64,000 nt of DNA, taken from positions 60,204,001 through 60,268,000 of the forward strand of contig NC_058368.1 in assembly GCF_018350175.1 (NCBI RefSeq). The letters are read 5' to 3'. Position 1 is the stretch's first letter; every line of letters begins with the position of its first letter. Of this stretch, positions 26,145 through 40,059 are shown in pieces. A program made the position numbers and the translations under genes. Below the pieces are notes generated by a model. That model had not been told where the DNA came from, did not search any database, and saw only the letters and a list, made by a program, of their open reading frames with translations. The stretch is from Felis catus (taxonomy: Eukaryota).

Positions 26145-26363
26145 TTTCTTTTCTTTTTTTTTATGTTTATTTTTGAGAGAGAGAGAGAGAGAGAGCATGA
26201 GCAGGGGAGGGGCAGAGAGAGAGGGAGACACAGAATCCGAAGCAGCCTCCAGGCTCTGAGCTGTCAGCACAGAGCCCGACGCGGGGCTCCAACTCACGAA
26301 CCGCGAGATCATGACCTGAGCTGAAGTCCGGACGCTTAACCGACTGAGCCACCCAGGCGCCCC
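26145..26363 (-). mobile_element. Can-SINE, young, CpG-rich
   Basis: Complete body; TSD tgaactttt on both sides. Confidence 0.97.
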
Positions 26364-27037
26364 TGAACTTTTATTTTCTTAGAAAAACGTAAATGTCATA
26401 ATACTTTCAGTAATTTTATTTTATTTTTTCTTATTTACACATAATGGCTGTTCTTTTTGTAGATTTAAACAAGAACAAAAATCATGGAAAGTTCTAAGAG
26501 GATTCTGGGACTTGGTTCACATACTGTAAAAGAACATGAAGTCAGTAGACACAGCAATGGCTAGGTAAAGCTTTTCTGGTGCAAATATGACAAACATTTG
26601 TAAATGTAACTAAGTATATAGTAAGTATATATAAACACTTGTGAACTATGATGCTAGAGTAACAAATATGATATAAAAAATCTACTGAGAAAGTCTAAAA
26701 GCTTCCCAAATCCTATTTGCTTAAAGAGAATTCGGGTGGAGTAGCAGACTATTTTTACCAAAGGGGCTACTAAGTCAGTCTTCTGAAGGTTGTTAGGAAA
26801 AATGCCGGATAGTAGTCAAGGGAATACGTCTGGTGAATTATGTATTTTTAATTTGGTACACGTGAAATATAGACTTTGTGTGCATGTTTATTTGTGTGTG
26901 TATCTGTGTGTACTGCACTATAAAATGAGACAACTCTATCAAATCCCCTTGACATTTAAATTTAAGAAGTAAGGGTGCAAATGATTAGGAGAAAAATAAA
27001 TAATGACAGTGATTTTTTTTAAATGCTGACTTTGACA

Positions 27038-27247
27038 GGGGTGCCTGGGTGGCTCAGTTGGTTGAGCTTCTGACTTCAGCTTAGGTCATGATCTCACAGC
27101 TCGTGAGTTCGAGCCCCATGTTGGGCTCTGTGCTGATAGCTCAGAGCCTGGAGCCTGCTTCGGTTTCTGTGTCTCCTCTCTCTCTGCTCCTAACCCACTC
27201 GCATTCTGTCTCTGTCTCAAAAATAAATAGACACTAAAAAAAAAATT
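27038..27247 (+). mobile_element. Can-SINE
   Basis: TSD aaatgctgactttgac at 27021-27036 and 27248-27263. Confidence 0.97.
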
Positions 27248-28137
27248 AAATGCTGACTTTGACTATATAGAGCACAAAACAACACTACTACTACTACTAA
27301 TAAAATAAATCAATAAATCAATAAATAATAAACGAGCTGTCAAAGCAGGTCCTGTCTCTTGAGGGCAGCATGGTACTTTCTTACTGACTGGCACTCAGTT
27401 GGGCTTAGACATCCATTTGCCAAGCACTGGCCTTCCAAAAATATGGATGAACCTCATCATTTTATCGTAGTTCAGCATACATCACTCAGGTTCAATGTGT
27501 TTCTTCCAAAAAGAGCACCACAGTTTTGGCTTTCCTGCTTTCCCCAGTGTGTGTAAATCTATCAGATTAGGGGCTTGTATTGAATTCTCCATTATGAAAG
27601 AGCAAAAAATAATGACAAAAGGAGACAAAAACCTTCTCAGCGTGCCATCTATTGATGGTGATTGCCCTCTCTAGGTCCTCATGCAGCCACATGGCCCCAG
27701 TGCATTCTGGAGGTGTGGTGCAGGTAGGCAGTTTTTTATCTTTGAGCTGTCGATGTTCAGTTCTTTGGCTGTGATATACCAATCGGTTTGGACTGCTTAT
27801 GTGGCAAACATAGAAATTTTGCTTCTGGAAATCAGGTCTCGACATTGATATCTAATTTACCACCTATTTGGGGAAATTCAGAATTTCACTTTATGGATAG
27901 TTTTCATAGTTTACACCTGTATTGATCATGACTTATGGAAACCAAAATAAGACTATGGGCCCACTTGTTTTGCTCATTATGTAAAGCTAAGAAGGTGTTC
28001 ATTGGAGTTTCTTTATTCTTGTTTAACATGGGTTATGATAATCAAAATCTCTATACCAGGAAAACACAGACTTAGCAGATACCCAAACTGCTTAAATAAC
28101 ATAGAAAACAATGTCCCTTAATGAAAAATTATATCTA

Positions 28138-28328
28138 GGGGCACCTGGGTGTCTCAGTGAGTTAAGCGAATGACTCTGATTTCGGCTCAGGTCGTAATCT
28201 CACAGTTCTTGAGTTGGAGTCTGGTGTTGTGCTCTGCACTGACAGTGCGAAACCTGCTTTGGATTCTCTTTCCCTCTCTCTCTGCCCCTCCCCCTCCTCC
28301 CTTTCAAAATAATAAAAAAAAAGAAAAA
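28138..28328 (+). mobile_element. Can-SINE
   Basis: ggggcacctgggtgtctcagtgagttaagc head, CT tract, A tail. Confidence 0.95.
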
Positions 28329-28962
28329 GTATATATCTAAATCTGTATGAAGTAGAAGAGGATATTAAAATGAAAGTTTGAAGTGTACCATAATAAATGG
28401 TTTGAGATGATGCGATAGAGACTATGAGAAGTATTCCAATATTTTTCAAACTTTTGTTTTATTATTAAAACTCCTGAAGCTATGCTGGGTTACAATTTTT
28501 TAGCTTCCCTTTCTTTTAGACATAATCACATAAACAGGTTCTAGTAAATGAGATGAATGAAGAACTGGAATGGTGTCAAGTTGTGGAAGAGGTCTTAAAG
28601 GAAGGAATTATGTTCTCTTCCTTCCTTTTTTCTCCTCACTGTTGGATTTCCAGATGCTCACTCCCTAGAGTCCTCATGTGGTCAGAAGGCCAAAGTGCAA
28701 TGTGAAGGTGTTACACTGGCATTCATTTCTAGACTCAGGGTTTTATACTGAAGGCTAATGAGGCTATATTATGTTGCTAATGGAACTGAGAGATGAAAGA
28801 AACCTAGATCTTTGGGGCGTTGTAGAAATTGACTAGTGACCTTGTGACATTTTACAAGAGTTATGCCACAGGTCTTCAGCTACCATTTAATGCTTCTGGC
28901 AGATTGCAGTACTTACTAAATTTTCTCCCAGCTAAGGGCCCTTTACAAACCGTCCAACCAGC

Positions 28963-29007
<45 letters not shown>
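28963..29007. repeat. (CT)n microsatellite
   Basis: Direct reading. Confidence 0.95.
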
Positions 29008-29009
<2 letters not shown>

Positions 29010-30376
29010 CACTGCCCCCAACTTGTCTTTCCAAAGTTCTTTAGCCCTGATGCAAGCTCAGAACTGTCTTTATTTTATTCCTTCTACCTTTTCTGAAATC
29101 CTTCATCCAAGTTTCTATGGTTGAGTAAAGGATCTGGACATTTTTGAAAATACTTTCCAACAATTCTTTTTGCCACTTTATATCCCTTAAAGGGTTAATT
29201 TGTGTCTGGAAACTAATTTAAAAGCTAATTTTGGTGAATTTATTATCAGCTGGTATTAGCCAAATATACATTAGCTCCTAGATAACATTATAACATTTAA
29301 ATCATCCTTCTGTTCATTAAAAGTAAAGGTCAGATTAATAGTGTGAACATTTCAGGCAACGTGGGTTATCAGTAGCAAAAAGGGTTCCATTCCAGCATGG
29401 AGGTGGCTGCATCCTCTTCCATGTATAAGTGTGGAACCACCATAAAGCGGGTGCATGTTACTACACAATGTTAAATATCTTGCAAAAACATACATCATTT
29501 GCCTCTCACCTCAGAAACAGATACCATTACTCTACAAGCATTGAATTCTCATACTTCATATATACATTGTTGACTGGTACTAAGTGAAAAGTCAAAGAGA
29601 ACAGGTTCCAATCTGACAGCCCAGATGATAGGAGAAATAGTCAGTTTACTGTGACAAAGTAGGCAGTTCTAACGTAAATAGCTCCCAGCTATGCTTTGGA
29701 AGGAATATTTCCCATAGATGACTCTGTGGAAACCTCTGTGACAAGCTGTTATATCTTTTACAAATCTGCCAGCTACTTTTTATGAGCTTCAGTAGCTCTT
29801 TATGACTATAATAAAAGGAAAGTAGCAGCCATGTGTGTATCCAATGGTCCCCAAAGCAGGCATCCTTATACAGAAAATGTAATGAGATCTTTGGATGTTC
29901 TTTCCCTTCTGCTGGCTGGTTGCTATCTTGACTCTTCTTTCCAAACCATTCCATTGTTACTGTAATAAAAATAGTGTGTGTGACTATGTTTGATGGTTCT
30001 CACTTCAGTTAGTTAACCTAGTAATTGTCAAAATAAAATGCCCATTATCAAAAAAGGACATATAAATCAGTAAATTAGAATTTTCAATAATCTAAATGGT
30101 ACCATTATACCCCTGGTAATAAATTTACTTAAAATGTATTTATTCACAGTGCAATAAAGTTATATTTTCAAGCCTTAAATTGAGATTGTAATAGGTTTAA
30201 AGGACCTAGTTAACATAACAAAATGTATGTAAAAATATAAACTCATATTTCAAATTATTAAAATAAACTCACACATTTGTAACTTCCTTTAATGCTACTT
30301 CTAATAGATGACATAGAATTTTAATTTCTCATAGAATATTTACCAAATTAAACTTTGCCATTAAAAAGGTCGATGA

Positions 30377-30612
30377 GGGGCGCCTGGGTGGCTCAGCTGG
30401 CTGAGTGTCCCACTTCAGCTCAGGTCATGATCTCACAGTTGGTGGGTTTGAGGCCTGCATGGAGCTCTGTGCTAAGAGCTCAGAGCCTGGAGCCTGCTTT
30501 GGATTCTGTGTCTCCTTCTCTCTCTGCCCCTCCCCGTACCCGTCCCCGACTTATGCTCTGTCTCTCTGTCTCTCAAAATTAAATAAATGTAAAAAAAAAT
30601 AAATAAAAAATA
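30377..30612 (+). mobile_element. Can-SINE
   Basis: Complete body; TSD aaaaggtcgatga / aaaagatcgatga. Confidence 0.96.
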
Positions 30613-30704
30613 AAAAGATCGATGAAAACTATGCAAAAAAATGTGTTAATGTGCTTCATAGTCACTATATGCCATATATATAATATGTAATATATTATAT
30701 ATTA

Positions 30705-30800
30705 ATTTTAAGTAGGCTCCATGCCCAACATGTGGCTTGAACTCATAAGCCTGAGATCAAGAGTCACATGATCTATCAACTGATCCAGCCAGGTGCCCCC
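30705..30800 (-). mobile_element. Short old Can-SINE (tRNA part only)
   Basis: taggctccatgcccaacatg...gagatcaagagtcacatg...ccagccaggtgcccc. Confidence 0.85.
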
Positions 30801-31176
30801 AAATGTATTATCTAAATTACCACAGAGAACTTCTATCAACTAGGTCTGAATTCCAAAAATTGGTGTGGTTATTTTTTAAATTTGTTTGGATTTTGTGGAT
30901 ACATAAATAAATGAATTTATACATATTTTATGGACTTAATTTAGTAATTTTTATTTCTTTCATCTCTAGAGGTGTCAGTGCTAGTTGATCTTTAAGATCA
31001 ATTTGCTGACATGCAGAAACTTAATGATGTGAATTATGAACTCTGTATCCCTAAGTAGTTTTATTTTTTTAACTTTATATCCCTTCCTCTCAATTTCCTG
31101 TTTATTTCTATTTTTTCCTTGTGTTTTATTTTATTGTTTTTAAAAGTTATAGCAAACATAGAATTATGCATTTTTA

Positions 31177-31389
31177 GAGGCCCCTGGGTTGCTCAGTCCG
31201 TTAAGCATCTGATTTTGGTTCAGGTCATGATCTCCCAGTTCGTGAGTTTGAGCCCCTCTTTGGGCTCTCTGCTGGAAGCCCAAAGCCAACTTTGCTTCCT
31301 ATCCTCTATCTCCCTTTCTCTCTCTGCCCCTCCCCCGTTCACACATGCACACTCTCTCTCTCGCTCAAAAATAAACATTTTTTAAAAAA
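31177..31389 (+). mobile_element. Can-SINE
   Basis: TSD tagaattatgcattttta / tagaattatacattttta. Confidence 0.95.
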
Positions 31390-32492
31390 TTCTAGAATTA
31401 TACATTTTTATAAATCATTGTAAGTTTTTTCTGAATGAGGTATTATAAAGCAAACAAACACGTAAGCATTCAGTGCCTCTTACTCAAGACTTTTTCTTTC
31501 TTTTTGAGGTCAGCCCTGTGGTTTTTATTTGTCTCTACATATTTCTACATTTTTTCATAAAATAAAATCTAAATGTAATAATTGACATACAAGTACCTTT
31601 ATGACACTGTAGGCCCCTTTGTTACTACTACAAGGTTGGTGTTAACTTTGTACTTCAACATCATTAAACTGTTTTTTAAACTAAACAGTGAATTTTTGCC
31701 TTCTTGTTGCACCCTCAAACTATAATGCTTTATCCACTTGTCTTCATCTTCCAGAGTTCTATCTTAATATATCACCTTTTCCACTAAGGATATTCTTGAC
31801 CTTCTCTTGAGTACATTTTCTTGGGTACATTGAGCATTTTTCTGCACTGCTCTTGCCTGTATGTGACCGTTTCTTCCACATTAGCTGATACTTAAATATT
31901 GACCTCCTTAGCTGATCTCATCACCATTGCCTAAAATAGTCAGGTTTTGATGGTTTTTAATTTGTTTGTCTTCATTCTTGTTTTGTTTGTTTTTCACCTT
32001 CCTGCCTTTTCTCTAATAATATTTCTATCGAGGTGTCTCCATTCTCTATACTTTCCTGGACCTTAATTGTCATTCAGGTCTCATCTTATCCATAAACAAT
32101 TCTAGATATCTAAGATTTTTCTGAAACTTCATTCCTCTGAATCACTATAGTCTTTACTGGTTATACCATGCAACTGGTGTTTTTGCACGTACTACACGTT
32201 ATATTGTTGTTAAATATTGTTAATTGCTCAAAAAAACATGTTCTGCATTTTAACTAGCGTGAAACTTGAAAGCACTGACTCTTAATCAGAAACTTCAAAG
32301 CACCGGATCTTAATCACAGCTCATCTGTGGTTGTCCATCAGAAGGTCTATGAACTTCTAAAATAAGAAACTGTATATATGTACATACTTATAAACTTCCT
32401 TTTTTTGAAGGAACAGTGTCTAACTGTCTTTATGAACTTAAAGGCACCAATGTCTGAAGTCCATCTCTCGAAATTGTAAGAATCATTGTTGC

Positions 32493-32805
<313 letters not shown>

Positions 32806-33049
32806 AATCATGGTTGCATTTATTTTGTTCTCTTCCACCAGGCATATAAGTGGAATGTACTTACTAAATATTTGTGATTAAGTACCCAAACCCTGGAACC
32901 TCAGTTTGGAGTCCTAGGAAACCACTCCCTAGGAATGGAGAAAAACCAGAGATAAACCAAGACTCACAAAAATGCAATAGAGCCATGAATCAGCTCAAAT
33001 TCATATTGGTCTTGTCTCCTACTGGAGACATTATTCTTTTAAGCTTATT

Positions 33050-34410
33050 TTTAAACATTCATTTTATCACAAGATAAAAGGTACAAAAAGAAATTTTGTA
33101 ATAGATATATATATATATATATATATGTACACACACACACACACACACACATATACATATATATAAAGTACTAATTGAAAAGAGAATGCCAGTGTAAATG
33201 CCATGAAGATTAGGATGTAGAAAATGGCTTATACCCAAAAAGTCCTTTAGAAGATCCTCTATGTAGGAATTCTCCTATTTACTCATAGAGATAATGTGTA
33301 TTTCAAATCTAGATATATTAAAATAGAAATAAATGAAAAGTGAGATATGCTATACTCCCATGGATAGAGAGATTCTAGTTGGGAAGCAATTCTTCGTTGA
33401 TCTCACATGTTTCTGCATGTTTTCCATGCATTCACAACTCATTTTTTTTTCTGGAATATCTTTTCAAGGATGTTTGTATCATAAATAGCCTTGGTAGACA
33501 CAGATACAGTGTCTCCGTCCTTTGCAAAGGGAAAGTTTGTTTACTGTCCAGTGCAATAAAGATAATATGTCAGTCTTTGGCAAAGGCTAGCCAGACTTAT
33601 TGTTCAGTAAAAGTATGTGCTTCCTAGATCACCATTTGTAAAATTGTGGAAAGTTAATTTGATAGCTTACATGAAGAATAAAATTTCAGACCCCTGAAAG
33701 TTCTTGACAATTTCATCTTATAAGGATATAATTTCTCATGAATTTATATGTAGATTCAATGTAATCTCAATAATATCATAAAGGATTTTTGTTGAACTCA
33801 GCAAATGTATTCACATATAGTATAATTAATATACTTATATAATTTACATGCATATAAAAAACAAGAATAGGCAAGATACCTTTGAAGAAAAAAAGTGAAA
33901 GGCAGTAATCTACAAGTTATCATAACTTTTCATAAAATCAATGTGATAAAGACAATGTATAATTGGTGCTGGCATTGGAAAACAGGCATTAGAACTGAAA
34001 AGAGAGCCCTTAAAATAGATTCATACTTGAATGGACACTTGATATGTGAGAGACATGTCATGGCAGATAGATGAGGAAAGAACAGACATTTTAATAAATG
34101 GAGATAGTACAACTTCACATCAAATTAAGAAAAAGGAAGTGTTGTCTTACACTATATCATTTCCCAAAATTAATTCCAAGCTTACTAAACACATGAATGT
34201 GAGTGGAAAGATACTTAAAACTCCCAGGCACTTAATATAGCTGATATTATCATTAACTTCTCTGGAGTTGGTGAGGATTTTTTAAACAGCTTGTAAAGCA
34301 TAAACCACAAAGAAAAAGATTTATGAATATATGATGGTTAAGATTTTGTTCATCAAAAGACACTATTCAGAGGTTGAAAACACAACCCACAAAATAGAAG
34401 GTATTTGAAA
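33050..34410 (+). mobile_element. Old L1 ORF2 fragment (post-RT region), interrupted by an LTR
   Basis: A-rich sense L1 text: tagattcaatgtaatctcaat, aataggcaagatacctttgaagaa, tggtgctggcat, catcaaaagacactatt. Confidence 0.78.
33377..33709 (+). mobile_element. ERV1 solo LTR with internal deletion (MER89-like, family name from memory)
   Basis: gttgggaagcaattct...tatcttttcaaggatgtttgtat...aaaatttcagacccctgaaagttcttgaca; same family as 54132-54603. Confidence 0.78.
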
Positions 34411-34749
34411 CTTCTATTTATGTATACAGTAAAGCACAAAATAATGAAACTGAAACCAACATATGCAAACTAATATTTTATAGCATGTTATTATTTTCAA
34501 ATGATAAAAATTTGAAAAATTTGTAGGAATGTTGATCAGAACTAGATGATAGTGGGACATTCATTAGCTACAGATGCTGCCAAAAATAAATCACAACAAT
34601 TTTTATTAATAAAATAAAATTTAACTTAAAATAAGGAAGAAGAAAAAGTGAAACAGAAAGCACATAAAATCTTATAGCTATAAGGAAATTGAATTATACT
34701 TACCCAATTATAAAGCAATTGAATAACAAATAATTCATTTATACAAAAT

Positions 34750-35395
34750 TTATATTAATTCAACAACAGCAACATTGAAAACCTTTACCACAAAGAAAAA
34801 TAGAAGCTCATGTGATCTCCCCATGAAAACCCAAAAAATGCTAAAGAAAAAGTGAGATACTTAGCTTATAAATTCCTGCAGTGTGTAGATAAATGGGGAA
34901 TATATCACAAATCCTTTTATTAGGCTCATGTAACCTTTACACCAATAACTGACATGACATCACAGGAAAACAAATCAGAGGCAACTCTAATTGAAGAACA
35001 TAAATGCAAATCTTAAGCAAAATGTTAACAAACTGATAAAAAAAAGAATACATCATAGCCTAGTTGGTTTAATCCCAGTAATACTGGATTGATTTTTACA
35101 TTACAAAATCAATTATTGTAATACATTTCAGATATAGTGTGGGAAAAATATGTCTGTCACATAAAATGCAGAAATAGCTTTTGATCAACTGTAATATATA
35201 TTCATGATTAAAAATACTCCTGGAAAATTAGAAATAAAGGGGAATTTTTGTTACCTGAAAATAGTTATTTCCAAAAGCCAACAACAAACATCATATTAAT
35301 TTTGAAATGTAACTTTTCTTTGAAATCAGCAAAGAAGCAGAATGACATCAATGACGTTTTTATTTAACAATGGGCTAGAAGTTTTGGCCAGTGTC
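34750..35395 (+). mobile_element. Old L1 ORF2 reverse-transcriptase fragment
   Basis: Degenerate codons matching PNSFYEA, NIDAKILNKIL, VGFIP, DAEKAFD, FMIK motifs (aatgcagaaatagcttttgat). Confidence 0.82.
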
Positions 35396-35499
35396 TCAAA
35401 TGCTCAACAGCTTATTCACTATCATTTTACTACATACACACCACTCAAACACACATGCGCGCACACACACACACACACACACTCACACACATACATATT

Positions 35500-36070
35500 T
35501 GTCAAATAATAGCATTTATGTGTAGCTCATTGCTTTATCTAGATGAACTTGCCCATTAAAAAAAGCACTTGATTTTTTTCCTTCAAACATTTGTTGATTA
35601 AATACATCCATTTCCTGTATAGCTATATTTCACTCAGTTCCATTGATACAAAGTATTACCTTAATATATCCCAATTTATTTTCCATGCTACTTTTGATGG
35701 GAACTTGAATCATTTTCAGTTTGGGGTTTTTATTAATAACGCCTTTATAAACATTTCTGACTCTTTGGCACATATGTGCAGTAGAGCTAGACTTAATTCA
35801 GGTACCTATCTTTAATTGAAGTGCTGAGTCATACCATATGTGGATTGTCAACATTGACAATCAGTTTTCCAAAGTGACTGCCATTTTACACTCTACAGCA
35901 AAGTGGAGAGTTTCATTGCTCTTAGGGTATAACTCACAATATTTGTTATACTCAGATTTAAAAATATACATATCAGCCTTGAATCCCATTGGAAATATTT
36001 GTTGGCAATTGAATAGGACTTTTTTTAAGTATCTATTGAAAGCTTGCTCATTTTTCTTTTCTTCTTGTCA
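35500..36070 (-). mobile_element. Old L1 3'-end fragment
   Basis: ttttgatgggaacttgaatcattttcagtttgggg...ataaacatt...cagttttccaaagtgactgccattttacactc. Confidence 0.7.
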
Positions 36071-36237
36071 TTATTTTGAATTATACATTGTATTCACCCA
36101 CATACATGTATTTATGGTAGGGTTGCACATATGTATGTTTATATGAAGAAGTTGAAAACACAACCCACATACATATGTAACATAAAATCAAATGTATATA
36201 AATATTAGGTGTTCTTCATGAGGTTCATATCCTTTAA

Positions 36238-36453
36238 ATTTTTTTTAATGTTTATTTTTATTTTTGAGACAGAGAGAGAGAGACAGAACACCAGCGGGAG
36301 AGGGGCAGAGAGAGAGGGAGACACAATCCGAAGCAGGCTCCAGGCTCTGAGCTGTCAGCACAGAGCCTGACGTGGAGCTTGAACCCATGAACTGTGAGAT
36401 CATGACCTGAGCCAAAGTCTGAGGCTCAACTGACTGAGCCACCCAGGTGCCTC
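36238..36453 (-). mobile_element. Can-SINE
   Basis: TSD catatcctttaaat on both sides. Confidence 0.97.
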
Positions 36454-36929
36454 CATATCCTTTAAATGCTTACAGATTTTTTATTTGCTTGTTTTCCAGG
36501 TTACAAAGATTATTAAAATTTCCTAATATTATGTATCTGTCTATATATCTTTATTTTTCTGTTTTTTATGTTTATATATAGAGGTAGTATTAATAGGTTC
36601 ATAGTAATTTAAAATCACAATATACTTCATTTCTAAAAATAAAACCCTCTTTATATCCACTTTTTACTGTTTAATGTAAAATCTCATTTGTCTATTGATA
36701 ATACAACAATAGCATTTTCATTCTTACATATTGAATGTGTACATATGATATATGTCTTTTGTAATTGTAAAATAATTGTATTTATTTTTAGTTGACTCAC
36801 TTTTGTCTCTTAACTGGACACTTTAGAGTCTTTATTTTAATACATTTACTGATATATTTAAGTCAAACTTACTGCAATTTTGCATTTTTTGTTTTTTGTA
36901 TGTTGTTTCTTTTTTTTATCTTTTATGTT

Positions 36930-37120
36930 ATTTTTATTTTTTAATGTTAATTTATTTTGAGAGAGAGAGAGGCAGAGAGAGAGAGAATTCCAAGCAGTCT
37001 CCATGCTGTCAGCACAGAGCCCAACATGAGTTGTGGCTCCGTCCCACAAACCAAATGGTCATGACCTGAGCCAAAATCAAGAGTCAGACACTTACCCGAA
37101 TGAGCCAACCCAGGTCACCC
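36930..37120 (-). mobile_element. Can-SINE
   Basis: TSD ttatgttatttttat on both sides. Confidence 0.93.
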
Positions 37121-37251
37121 TTATGTTATTTTTATAATTTGACTCTTTATCACAATATTTTTCTAGCAGTTTGTAAGTAGCCTAGACAAGTGATGTAGAA
37201 GTGTTCAAGACCTGAGCGAATCCAAATTTATAGAGGAAAAAATTATTTACT

Positions 37252-37452
37252 CATTACCAAGGTTTGGGGCAAGAGGAAATGGGGACTTACTGCTTCATGG
37301 GTATAGATTTTCTGTTATGGGGCTAAAAAAATTTTGGAAATAGATAGCAGTGATTGTTGCACAACATTGTGAATTAATGCCACATAATTAATGCCAATGA
37401 ATTATTAAAATCGGTTAAAATGGAAAATTTTATTATCTGTTATCAGAATAAG
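37252..37452 (+). mobile_element. L1MB-type 3' end
   Basis: ggaaatggggacttactgcttcatgggtataga...ggaaatagatagcagtgattgttgcacaacattgtgaat. Confidence 0.8.
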
Positions 37453-39072
37453 AATTATAAAGTATAGAACTATAATTTAATTTTTGTATCAATTTTTGTT
37501 ATTTGTAGAAGTTTTTACAGTCTGCTTTATATTTTATATATTTTCCTGCTCTCCTATCATAAACATTTAAATTTTTCTCCAAATATAGTGTCAAAGCTAT
37601 TTTATAGTGTGGTGTAAAATTCCAAAGACAATGCTATTCTTTTTTTTTTTTTTTTTTTGATGATTTAAGGCTTGAAGTAAACTCCTGGTTAAAATTGTCA
37701 AGCTGAAAATCTGATTTGCTTAACTAACTACTGATATTAAGCAAGAAAACTGTATTAAGGGGGGTTTGTTAATGGTGAAATTAAGGCATCTTCCTCCACT
37801 GAGGATTATGGAAGTTCATGTTAATAATCCAGGCACTGAATGGTATTGTCATTCTGGGATAAGTAACAAAATTTGTGGCTTGCAGAGTTTTGAACCATCC
37901 AGGGAAGTGATTTTGGAGCTGTCATTACACACAGGATTCAATTTCTAGTTCTATTTCTCAATGACTCTTTCCTCTTTCTCTGTTCAGTAGCAACACAACT
38001 TTCCTTTCAGATTCCTCTGGGTAAAGGAGTAGGCTTGTTTACTTCTGGCTCACCTTGAAGTTACTGCTATTTAGTGCCTGAACTTGAATAGAAATCTCCT
38101 AATAGGAACCCCAGCCAGGACATTCCTGGAATTTTTATTTCTATCTTGTTCTGCTAGTTAGTCAATATCCTCAAGGAGTAAACAGTTTGGTGGCTCACTT
38201 TCCTTTCCAGAGTTTCAAAGACTTATGATTTTGGTCAGATAATTCCTTATCATTTGACATAACTTGCACATTTACAAGAAGATTAGAAACCTATTTTCCC
38301 AGTGCTGCCTCTTAAATTCAGTCAGGTGATTGACCCAAATAGCCAAACACCGTATTACTGGAAATTTCCCATTTTGTTCTTTTTAAAATAATGTTCCACT
38401 TTTCCAATTGATCTAGGCATATACATGTTCATATGTATACACATACATATGTTTGTATACAATTATGTATGCATGTATATATACATGCAGACATGTGCAT
38501 AATTATATTTACCACTTATTTTAATTTCATCCTTATACTATTTACATGAGGATATTTTCTTTGTCCATCCAAGTTTTGGAAATAGTTGCATTTATGTCTG
38601 TGTTTGATGTGTATACACTTCTTTCACACTAAAACTCAATCCTTATTTTCTTGCTTGTTGAGCAGTATTTCAGAGACAGAGGCAGACCTGGAACGTTTGC
38701 AATGCTTAGAGGGTTTTGGAATTTTTGAAGGTTTTAACCATGTTACTTTGATTATAGTTAATTTCATGCCTGTTTAGTAATATGCACGTGTTTTTTCTAT
38801 AATCTTCATTATTTTTCAAACATATGCATGTTATTACTTTCTTATAATATGTTATATAAATGATGTTTATAACTAGGTCATTTATAGCCATTGATATCAT
38901 GGTATTAATGAGCAATTTAAATTCAACATTAAAATTATATTGCTTTCTAATTTTATGAAAAATCCATTGTTCTTAGCTCCAATTATTATTATTCCATTGT
39001 TATATATCTTCAGTAACTTTGAGGATAACAGTTATATTTTATAGTATGGATTATTACTCTGTCTCTTTTGAA

Positions 39073-39173
39073 CTCTTTTTGTTTATTCTTGTCTTGTATT
39101 ACCTATAGAAATGCCTTTTTTTTCTCTTTTTGTTTATTCTTGTCTTGTATTACCTATAGAAATGCCTTTTTTT
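39073..39173. repeat. Tandem duplication, ~51-bp unit x2
   Basis: ctctttttgtttattcttgtcttgtattacctatagaaatgcc(t)n starts at 39073 and 39124. Confidence 0.97.
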
Positions 39174-40059
39174 CCCTCAATCCAGCCTTCATTGGGATGT
39201 AGTGAAGAGGAAACTTCTGTCTCTTGTCCCACCCTTTATATCTTGATCCACAAAGATCACATATTTTTGCCAGTATTTGTGGGGCTACATTGTGTCAGAA
39301 ACAGGAAATAGACTTTACTTAGTTTATCTGATGGATCGATAACAAGTTCTCTTCAACTTTTTTCTTCCATGTAGTAGGTATGCTAGGAAAGTCACCCTGA
39401 CCTCCAAAGCAGGGACTACAAACAATTATTTTGCTTTACTCCTTGAGAATGGTGGATGAGTCTTACCAGGTTCTTCCACTTGACCTGTGGCATAGAAAGA
39501 CCCTTCCGATTCTTCACAAGCCCTGAAAGTCCTACTATTTGAAATCTCACTTAATTATTTATTATCAGTTAAAAACCAGAAGGGTGGAGGAGAGAGACAG
39601 TGGCTCCATAACACTGAAATCTAATGACGCATTGGTTGGGAAATCCTGACACAAATTTTGAGAGCAAACAAACCACAGCTGGCTGTGCAGGTGCAGTCCA
39701 GGTGAGTCTTGGCAGATGATTTTGTACTGTATCAATTTTTGCTTTTATCATCTGGTCTGCTGCTGATATTGTAGATTCAACTAAAATAGTAAATTACTTG
39801 GAGGTGTCATTAACTTCCCATTAAGATTCATTTCCAAAAGGTAGCTGTTCAGTCTAAAGATTAGTTTTCCAAATACAGCCAGAGTCCACATGCTTTAAAG
39901 TGTGCACTCACGTACACCAGTTGTGCACAATTTTTGGAGCCATTGGTAATCAGCTTTATGAGAATAAAATCATCCATTGACCTTTTGTCTAAGCTTACAA
40001 GGAAATAAATGCTATTAATTCCAAACTCTGAAAGCAAAAGAATTACAAAACATTTATGC

